Assembly: GCA_030390025.1 (NCBI GenBank)
Contig: CM059432.1
Span: 186,001 to 250,000, forward strand
Length of the DNA stretch: 64,000 nt
Direction: 5' to 3'
Origin: Squalus acanthias
Taxonomy: Eukaryota
The notes beneath the pieces are model-generated. The model had not been told where the DNA came from and did not search any database. It saw only the letters and a list, made by a program, of their open reading frames with translations. Below are positions 1 to 8,772 of the stretch, one piece after another. Numbering within the stretch: position 1 is the stretch's first letter; every line of letters begins with the position of its first letter. A program made the position numbers and the translations under genes.

Positions 1-304
1 TCACTTCCGCCTCACTTTCATGAAGTCTTAATCGTGCCCGTATAAAGCTGGCCTCTGGGTTGCTAGACACTGCTCCGAAGGTGGAAGAAATCTAAGGGGA
101 AAATCTCTCAGACGCCTCCTTTCTCGGGTGACAGGCTCAAGTCTCATAACTCAGAACCCTGACACCAGGGATTAGCATCGAGATTCTTCTCTACAGAGTA
201 AGATATTGGACAGGAGGTGAATCCTGAAGTACGGTAGCCTTGTGGTGATGTTACTGGACTAATAATCCACAGGACATGAGTTCAAACCCCACCGTGGTTC
301 TTAA

Positions 305-825
305 ACATAAGAACCTAAGAAATAGGAGCAGGAGTCGGCCATTCGGTCCCTCGAGCCTGCTCCGTCATTCAATAAGATCATGGCTGATCATTGACCTCAT
401 CTCCACTTTCCTGCACTATCCCCATATCCCTTGATTCCCTTAATATTCCAAAATCTATCGATCTCTGTCTTGAATATACTCAACGACTGAGCCTCCACAG
501 TCCTCTGGGGTAGAGAATTCCAAAGATTCACCACCCTCTGAGTGAAGAAATGTCTCCTCATCTCAGTCCTAAATGGCCGACCCTTTATTCTGAGACTGTG
601 ACCCCTGGTTCTAGACTCCCCGGCCAAGGGAAACATCCTCCCTGCATCTATCCTGTAAGAATTTTGTATGTTTCAATGAGATCACCTCTCATTCTTCTAA
701 ACTCCAGAGAATATAGGCCCAGTCTGCTCAATCTGTCCTCATAGGACAATCTCCCCATCCCAGGAACCAGTCTGGTGAACCTTCTTTGCACGCCCTCTAT
801 GGCAAGTATATCCTTCCTTAGGTAA
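305..825 (-). mobile_element. CR1 LINE 3' fragment
   Basis: RT C-terminus ([35 protein letters not shown]), 3' UTR and (TTCTTATG)-type tail; paralogous to 39875-40395. Confidence 0.9.
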
Positions 826-1924
826 ACATGACCAAGAAGCTGTCAGATTGTCGTAAAAGCCCAACTGGTTCACTCATGTCCCTTTAGGGAAGGAAACCTG
901 CCGTCCTTACCCGGTCTGGGCCTATAGGTGACTCCAGTCCCACACTAACCTGCTTGACCCTGAACTGCCCCATGAAGTAGCCCAGCGAGACACTCAGTTG
1001 TATCAGACCTGCTATTGGGGAACTGGTGATGGGCAAAAGACGTCGGCCTTGCCAGCGACGCCCACATCCCGAGAATGAATAAATAAATAGAAAGTGCTTG
1101 AGAGCGAGTTGAGAGGAATTGTGAATGACAAAAGGAAAATGTTAAATCACAACAGAAAATGCTGGGAACACTCAGCAGGTCAGGCAGCATCGAGGAGAGA
1201 GAGAAACAGAGTCAACGTTTCCAGTCGGGGAACCTTCGTCAGAAGGAAAATGTTAGTTTGGCTAAAGGAAGACAAAGCATCAGGAGCTGATGGGATTAAT
1301 CCTGGGATCCTGAGGGAGATTGAGGAGATAATTGGAGATTATATTACTGGGTCTACTGAGTGTGGATGTGTGCCCGAGGACTGGAGAGTGATCAATGTAT
1401 TACATAGAATGTACAGCACAGAAAGAGGCCATCGGCCCAACTGGTCCGTGCCGGTGTTTCTGTTCCACACGAGCCTCCGCCCACCCCTCTTCATCTCACC
1501 CCATCACCATATCCTTCTATTCCTTTCTCCCTCAAGTGTTTATCTAGCCTCCTATTAAATGCATCTTTACTATTCGCCTCAACCACTCCCTGTGGAAGCG
1601 AGTTCCACATTCTCACCACTCTGTGGGTAAAGAAGTTTCTCCTGAATTCCCTATTGGATTTATTAGTGACTATCTTATATTGAATGGCTCCTAGTTCTGG
1701 TCTCTCTCAACAAGTTGAAACATCTTCTCTACATCTACCCCATCAAACCCTTTCAAAACGTTAAAGACCTCGATCAGGAGTGAAGGTGAAGAGAGTCAGT
1801 GAACTGAGGAGTGAGAATCAGGCAGCTAAATGTTTAAATCTCATTGGTTGGCTGCCTCATGAGCTCATATTTGGGTTGGAACCTCATGCTCTGGAAAGGC
1901 GGAGGGACGAGGAGGCGAAACATA

Positions 1925-2490
1925 ACATAAGATCATAAGAAGTAGGAGCAGGAGTCGGCCATACGACCCCTCGGGCCTGCTCCGCCATTCAATAGGATCA
2001 TGGCTGATCCGAACCTAGACTCACGTCCACTTCCCTGCCCGCTCCCCATAACCCTTCATTCCCTTATCAGCTCGGAAACTGTCTATCTCCGTTTTAAATT
2101 TATTTAATGTCGCAGCTTCCACAGCTCTCTGAGGTAGAAAATTCCATAGATTTACTACCCTCTGAGTGAAGAAGTTTCTCCTCATCTCAGTTTTGAAACG
2201 GCAGCCCCTTATTCTAAGATTATGCCCCCTAGTTCTAGTCTCACCCATCAGTGGAAACATCCTCCCCGCATCCACCCGATCAAGCCCCCTCACAATCTTA
2301 TATGTTTCGATAAGATCGCCTCTCATTCTTCTGTATTCCAATGACTAGAGGCCCAACCTACTCAACCTTTCCTCATAAGTCAACCCCCTCATCTCCGGAA
2401 TCAACCGAGTGAACCTTCTCTGAACTGCCTCTAGAGCAAGTATATCTTTTCTTAAATATTGAAACCAAAACTGTACACAGTATTCCATAT
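1925..2490 (-). mobile_element. 5'-truncated CR1 insertion 'A' with CATA target-site duplication
   Basis: CR1 RT C-terminus in ORF 2021..2341; flanks gaggcgaaa-CATA ... gtattc-CATA-ttgtgtg; empty site at ~15720 (gaggcgaaacatattgtgtg). Confidence 0.9.
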
Positions 2491-2675
2491 TGTGTGTGGA
2501 GTCTGGGATCAGGAGTTGGAGCAGAATTCTCTTTAAGAAGGTTGAGTGAAGCTTGGCTTTAATCTGGTGACTGGTTGATCTAAACTGTGCTGTGTGGTTT
2601 GGGTCTGTGTTGTTGTGTCTTTACTAACGGAGGATCCTCCCTCTCTGTTTCACTCATTCCTGCAGGTTTTAAACC

Positions 2676-2798
2676 ATGGCGGCTGTGAGGGCAACCCTGG
2701 TTATGGACAATGGATCTGGAATAACTAAGGCCGGGTATGCAGGGGACGATGGCCTCTGTGTTTCATTTCCCTCCATCGTGGGGCGTCCTCAAGAACAG
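2676..2798 (+). pseudogene. Actin-like gene copy 1, orphan coding exon 1 (41 codons)
   Basis: [41 protein letters not shown] then GTGAGT donor; upstream acceptor cctgcag; the unit is cut at 3591, so it has no exon 2 of its own. Confidence 0.8.
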
Positions 2799-3171
2799 GT
2801 GAGTCCTACAACGAGACATTGGAAGGAGATTCAATCCTTTGCTTTGGGTGTAAGGTGGGGGCTGGGTCTGCCTTTCCATATTTCAAACAGCCAGCTGAAT
2901 GTTAATGTATCGTCCCGGGGCTGAGATCAACCTTAACCCTCGCTGGCTCTTGCTCTTGCAGTGAGCAATGTCCACAGTGTGTGCGTGTCCCTTTCCCCTG
3001 TTGTGGTGGTTTTTAGATATCAGTGTGGGGCTGTTCCAGTTTGGGTTTTTACTCGAACCCTACTCCTTGGCCCCAGTTTCTCGAAAAACAGGCTGCATCT
3101 CTGATGAAGTGAATGCTAGGGCTTGGTCCAATTGGATTGCGGCCAGAACACGTAAATCAAACGGCAAACAT

Positions 3172-3591
3172 GTTAGAAACATAGAAACAGAAAAATAGGA
3201 GCAGGAGTCGGCCATTCGGCCCTTCGAGCCTGCTCCGCCATTCAATATGATCATGGCTGATCCTCTTTCTCAATACCATATTCCCATTCTCTCCCCATAC
3301 CCCTTGATGCCTTTTGTGTCTAGAAATCTATCTATCTCCTTCTTAAATATATTCAGTGACTTGGCCTCCACAGCCTTCTGTGGTAGAGAATTCCACAGGT
3401 TCACCAGCCTCTGAGTGAAGAAATTTCTCCTCATCTCAGTCCTAAATGTCCTACCCCATATCCTGAGACTGTGACCCCTCGTTCTAGACCCCCCAGCCAG
3501 GGGAAACATCCTCCCTGCATCCAGTCTGTCTAGCCCTGTCAGAATTTTACACGTTTCAATGAGATCCCCTCTCATTCTTCTAAACTCTAGC
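3172..3591 (-). mobile_element. 3' end of intronic CR1 insertion 'B', cut at a deletion junction
   Basis: Matches 16410-16830 up to ...aaactctagc, then switches abruptly to env sequence. Confidence 0.9.
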
Positions 3592-5657
3592 GGCTTTCAA
3601 AAGTTTGGTGAGGTGTTCAGGGAGAGGGGGAATGAGGTATCCGAAATGCGCGACGAATCGCTGCAAGTCGGTAAAATTCTCCTTTACTGTTAGATGAACA
3701 GTGGATGGTTCAGGGATCGGAACAATTCGCTGCTGTGCCACTTGAACTTCAGCCCTGGGTTTAAAACAGAAACTGCTGTCACTCACCGGACACCGGCTAC
3801 GGTTTCCATGCTGGTAGTGTTGCGCTGCAGTGGTAACGCAATATGTTCCACCCCCATGTATGCCACCTGCGGAGGCACATGATCTTGTGCCATTGCCTCC
3901 ATGGTGCAATTCATGGGCTTGGCGCCAGCCGTTCTGAACCCGCACTGTGGTGATAAAAAGGCATTCAAGTGCTGGGGACACAGGATTATGTCTGCTCCCC
4001 TGCCACGACAACCAGAGAGATCTGTACCTGTCATCGTTTGCTCCCAGCGGATGACGTAAGGTGGGACCGCTGCGTAGTGAATGTGGGCTCCCCCCTGAAT
4101 GACACCAATGTTCTCTACCCGATACACCGGGGCGGGCTTTGCTGTGTTGCCCAAAACCGGCATACATAGCACTATACCCATTATGGTATGGTTTGATCGT
4201 CCGCAGTCCACGGGGACTGGGTATGCTTCTGAAGCTAGCCTGAGCTGGCACGGGCTTAATGCGTTCTGAAAAGGGTGGAGCGCCTGCAGGTGTTTGTTAC
4301 TTATCCAGGACGGGACCAAACCTTGTTTTAAATCCTCCAAATTACTGCGGCCCTCGCCCAGTAACCATGCCCCGTAAAGCACGCACACCTCGTTCTGCGC
4401 AGCCTGATCGGACGCGTTCCGATCTTCCCTAATCAGGGCATTTATCGTTCTCGCATGCTTCTCCAGCTCTGCTATAATTTCCTTTAAGTGTAGCGTCATG
4501 GCCTGGTCCTCATGTAACCCAGACCCTACCACCTTATTTTCGTCTGTAAGAATATTCTTTAATTGTGTTTTTAAACCATTAATCTGGGTCTGCAACTCCA
4601 CGTTGTCTAGAGCATTGACCACAGATGTTCCTGTATTAAAAGCGGTGAACATATCGTTCACAATACCCCTTCTTTGTCTCCCCACCTGGCCCAAAACTTC
4701 GTGTGGTGTGGTGTACAAGCTTGTCTTGTCAATCTCTGCAAAATCAAACTCGTAGAATTGTCTAAACATATTGGTCAACAGGACCTGGTACAATTGTTCC
4801 GTCTCTTTGGGGCACCACTCTGGCAACCGCACCTCGGTGAGATTTAAAATCACCGAGGCCACCGCGTAATGTACCCCCTGAAATAGTATCTGGTCTGTAG
4901 GGACCAGCACCAAACCATTCCCGGGTCCCTTACTGGTTTTAGGGCACCCTTCCTCCTGAGCCAAAACCACCAGAATCATGGGCGGGGCCTTGCGTGGGCG
5001 CGTAATGAGTTCAGTGGCGTTTACCGGGATCGGAGAGTATGGGGCTCCGCACCCCCTGGTGCTAACATCCCACCTCATCCCTTTCCCGTTGTCCTGCCAC
5101 TGGTTTACGAAAAATATGGAGATGCCTTTGGGGCAAACGTGCTTTGACCCCCACATACATACATAAATTCCCTCATCCGGTTCCCACCATTTGTCCCAAC
5201 AGACTTTCAATTGTCCGTTAGTCCCCGTGATTGTCTGATGGGTATTATTACCCAAGCGCTCCCACTCAACCGAGGAATTTCTCATATTCTTGTTCAATTT
5301 CCGTAGCCACCACCATCGGCTCAATGGGACATTCCCATTACAAGTCAAACAAATCCTTTTGCCGACGGTGACTCTGATCCTGGGTGCAATGATCCTCACT
5401 TTGGGGCACATCAAAGAAGTCTCTTTGTAGGCAAATCCCGATGTACTGGAGTATTCAGTTGAATTCGTTCCCAGCCATCCTGGCCACCTTCCCTTGTGGA
5501 AATAAGTGGCGGTCTCCTCAGCCTCTCGCCTCCCGGTCCCATCCGTCGCGATGGGGGCCGTGTCCCCGTAGCAACCAAATACCACGACATCCTTGGTGCG
5601 GCCTCGATAGGCCAATCCACATCCGAATGCTGCGAGCACTACCAGAATCTGTTCCAT
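3592..5657 (-). CDS. env: Env-like class I fusion glycoprotein with N-terminal Ig-like domain; 1-nt frameshift at ~3852-3856; truncated before the TM segment
   Basis: Signal peptide MEQILVVLAAFGCGLA (ATG 5657); furin site RQRR|GIVNDMF (4679-4668); heptad region; many N-x-S/T sequons; Cys-rich C-terminal part continues in the frame of ORF 3580..4251 (GGTYCVTT...CPVSDSSFCF). Confidence 0.85.
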
Positions 5658-5670
5658 CCTTCCTTGGTTC

Positions 5671-5690
5671 CTGTGATCAGATAACATGAG
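5671..5690 (-). promoter_or_regulatory. Candidate env splice acceptor
   Basis: ctcatgttatctgatcacag|gaaccaaggaaggATG, 13 nt upstream of the signal-peptide ATG; the pyrimidine tract is weak. Confidence 0.4.
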
Positions 5691-5929
5691 GTAGCCAGCC
5701 TCCCAAGAGTCTCTGGCTTTTGTGAAGGGTGAGCGGGTCCCCTGACCTCGCCTCACGTAAGAAGACATGTGCACTGGATAGATCTTTTTAACTAAACCTA
5801 ATCTAAACTCTCATCATTTATCTTTTACTTATCAAAATTCAACTATAAGACTTACAAAACTTACAAACTATAAAACTTATCACTTATCGTATAAACTGTA
5901 CAGCGCCGCCCGTTCCCAGGGCGGCCTAC

Positions 5930-6967
5930 TCAAATTCTGTGAAGGCGGCCATGAGCTTTTCCCAACGGTGGGAGGGCACCGACCCCTTCCTTTGATCTGC
6001 CGCAGCCTGTCGCTGCTGCGCTGTGACTGGGCTCTCCCTGGGCTGCCTTAGCCTTGAACCTACGCCTTGGGACACTCTGGGGACTTGACCATACCTTCCT
6101 GGGCTGGGGTGTCCGACTTGACCTACGGGGGGCTACCGGGGGCAAGAACTCCAGGACCGACGGACCGGGTTTCGAGACTTCCACCGTCGCGACCTGTGGT
6201 CCCACCACAGCCGCTGGCTCCGCCTCCCTGAACTCGGGATCTGCAGTCTCTGGCACCGCCCTACTTGGCCCAGTAGGCGGCCCTTCACTCGCAGTCCCTA
6301 CCTCCCCCGAGGGCAAGACTTCCAAGGCGGACGGACTGGGTTCTGAGACTTCCATTGCCACGTCCTGTGGTCCCACCACAGCCGCTGGCTCCGCCTCCCC
6401 TAGCTCCGCCCCCCTGAGTTCGGGACCTGCAGCTTCTGCTTCCACCCTGTGTGGACCTCCACTCGCAGTCCCTATCTTCCCTTTACTTGAATCGGGGGCG
6501 AACCTTTCGTCCTCCGATCCCAGCTCCTCTTCGCTCGGGTCACTATCTTGGTCGAGCTCCTCGAACTCTTCCTCATCTGACTCCCAACCCCAATAAGGGA
6601 TCCTACATTTTGCTAGGATGTCCTCTCCCCTGATGCAAGCTGCTTTGCCAGCCTGCGTGCCCTGCGGTCCTACCCGGGGCTGAGAGTCCCCACTCGCAGG
6701 TCTGGCCCCTCCCCTAAGACAGGCCACCGCCCCTGCTTGTTTCTGTGAAATCTCACCTGCTGGAGGCTGCAGATTTCTATCCTGTTTTATTTTGAGCAAC
6801 TCTGCTACGATGGCTCTAAGCTGCCCTTCTAGCCCATCTACCTTCCCCATTAAACGGGTGTTCTCCTCCCGTAAGGCCTGCTCTTTTAACCTGGCCTCCT
6901 TACAGGAGACCCCCTCCTGTGCGTGTCTTTCAAGGGGACACAGGTAGGCAGGCTGCACCGGTTCCAG
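5930..6967 (-). CDS. ORFX: non-enzymatic ORF in the pol position, in frame with gag across a TGA-CTG stop
   Basis: ...GAC TTC TGA CTG GAA CCG GTG CAG..., open for ~345 codons; coiled coil, acidic tract, ~58-aa internal duplication, basic C-terminus; no D(S/T)G, YxDD, RNase H or integrase motifs. Confidence 0.6.
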   Translation of the reverse strand: MEPVQPAYLCPLERHAQEGVSCKEARLKEQALREENTRLMGKVDGLEGQLRAIVAELLKIKQDRNLQPPAGEISQKQAGAVACLRGGARPASGDSQPRVGPQGTQAGKAACIRGEDILAKCRIPYWGWESDEEEFEELDQDSDPSEEELGSEDERFAPDSSKGKIGTASGGPHRVEAEAAGPELRGAELGEAEPAAVVGPQDVAMEVSEPSPSALEVLPSGEVGTASEGPPTGPSRAVPETADPEFREAEPAAVVGPQVATVEVSKPGPSVLEFLPPVAPRRSSRTPQPRKVWSSPQSVPRRRFKAKAAQGEPSHSAAATGCGRSKEGVGALPPLGKAHGRLHRI

Positions 6968-8714
6968 TCAGAAGTCCGGGTTGCCTGGGGCTGTTGCTAC
7001 CTTCCCGTGCGAAATCATGAGAGACCGCATGGCTCCTAACATTGATTCTATCGCATCGGGATGGATAGGCACACCAGCTCCTCTCTCAGAGACAGGCGCT
7101 TGGGTTCGGGCTGCGGGATTTTTATCCCTGGAGTCCTTCCAGGGGTTCCTGCAGTTTTTTCGCCAGTGACCTGTCTTTCCGCACCCGTAACAGACACCAC
7201 TGGCCTGTGGGGCGCGGTTTCCCTCCTGATGCCACTCCCTTTGAGCCGGGGCTGTGGGCCGTGCCTCATGCACCTTTCCCTTAAGGGGACGCGCTCCCGT
7301 GCTCCTAGTGTTACGATACCCTATCGTGAGTCGATTTAGGACCGACTCCTCTGTAGTGGCGGGGTTAGTGGGATCAAACCACGCTTTGGCCTGCTCCCTG
7401 ACGGCTGGCAAACTGTTGGCTACTAAACACCTGAGCCAATGAGTTAAACCGACACCGTCCAGATAATTGCGCCCTGGCGCACCTGGGCAGCTACGCTGGT
7501 ATACTGGCCACAGCCTGTCGGCGAAAACCTTCGGGGGTTCTCCCTCCATCTCAACTGTCTGACCCAATCTAATGAACGGACCTTCGTCGTCCGCCCCCAA
7601 CACTTCTAGGACCTCATCCCTTAATTGCTCATAGGTCCTATTTCCCCTTTTGCTCGCGTCAGGAGAGACACTGGAGGATCGAGCTGTCTAAGGAGAACAG
7701 CAGCATTTTAGCCCTTTCCCCATCATCGCAGCCGTTAATGGCTGCGGTCTGCTCTACCTCCCTGAAATGTACGGAAGGGTCGTCTGACTCGGACAGCTTC
7801 CGTACGTGACTGATCATAGCCCTCAGCTGGTGTGCATTGTGCGGCAACACAAGCTGGCTGAGGAGATTCCCCGCTTCCCCACCGTCTCCGTTCGGGCCCC
7901 TCTTGATACCCGTGACCGGACACAGCGGTCCCGGCTTCACTACTACCTCAGGGGGCTGTACTACCTCGGGGACCTCTTCCTCTACTTCTACCACTTCCTC
8001 CCTTACCCAGGTTGCCGAATAGCTGGGTGGCGCGGAGGGCACAGTGGCAAATACCTCCTCTGCTTTGTTAGGTAGGGATTTTTGAAATTCCCCACCCACC
8101 GGCGGCTGGTGTGCTGACGGGCTGATAAGGCACACCATGCCGTGCGCTTTATTCAGGGCCTCTTTAAGGTTCCCTATCTCTCTCTGGCAGACGCCGTGGT
8201 CGGCCCCCTCATGTTTATCTTCGAGGGCCATTTTATATGCCGTCCTAACTCCCTTTAAGCTCTCTTCCAGGGCTTTTATTTGAGCAGCTAGGCGGGCACA
8301 TCGTTCCCTGATTCTGCCCTCATTTAATTTTGCCTCAGTGACCTGGCACTCGAGGTAATCTATTTTCGCCTCATGGTGGTTGGCGACTAACTGGCGTTCC
8401 TGATGCAACGCATTTAAGGACACGATGAGCTGCTGCCCCCCCACGACCTTTTCTTCCATCTCCACCTCCAAACCCTTGATCTGAGCTGCCTGTGCTACGA
8501 TGACCTGGTCCAAAATCTGGACTTGCCTTTTATAACACATCAGCCAAACCGCATTCTCTACCGATTTTTTGTGTTCTTTGCTACCTGTCCACCTGATGGC
8601 TGCATCTAGCAGACGCTTATCCACCAGCAGGTCGATTATCCATCTCTTAGTCAAATTAACCTTCCGAAAAACATAATCGGCTATTCTCTCTTCCATAACA
8701 TTTCGCCCATTCAT
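6968..8714 (-). CDS. gag: Gag polyprotein, split by a 1-nt frameshift at ~7662-7666
   Basis: ORFs 7659..8768 and 6968..7603 join (ILQCL/PDASKRGNRTYEQLRDEVLEVLG); N-terminal coiled coil, PSAPPSY, capsid-like region with MHR-like GQTVEMEGEPPKVFADRL, zinc knuckle CYGCGKTGHWRKNC (7192-7151); start taken as the first ATG downstream of the PBS. Confidence 0.88.
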
Positions 8715-8749
8715 ACCAGGGTCTAACACATTACTTTCTCGCTGCCAGT

Positions 8750-8767
8750 GTCCCTTCGTGGTCGCCA
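8750..8767 (-). promoter_or_regulatory. Primer-binding site, tRNA-Arg (UCG-type)
   Basis: TGGCGACCACGAAGGGAC is the reverse complement of GTCCCTTCGTGGTCG-CCA, the 3' end of vertebrate tRNA-Arg(TCG) as recalled; lies 5 nt inside the LTR end. Confidence 0.85.
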
Positions 8768-8772
8768 TTATC

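Noticed and set aside
3580..4251. Separate 223-aa gene
   Set aside because: Its 3' part is the frameshifted continuation of env, and its stop comes from the adjoining CR1.
5780..5930. Remnant integrase or PPT between ORFX and env
   Set aside because: Only AT-rich low-complexity repeats with GTAAGT motifs; no coding similarity recognised.
6054..6596. Antisense 180-aa Ser/Gly-rich ORF as an HBZ-like gene
   Set aside because: Explained as the stop-poor shadow of GC-rich ORFX; non-ATG start and no other support.
7655..7670. Programmed ribosomal frameshift within gag
   Set aside because: No X XXY YYZ slippery heptamer, and the break falls inside the capsid-like domain; an indel or sequencing error is more likely.
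8766..8768. ATG at 8768 as the gag start
   Set aside because: It overlaps the PBS (A-TGG); ATGs at 8714 or 8696 are more plausible, though use of 8768 is not excluded.
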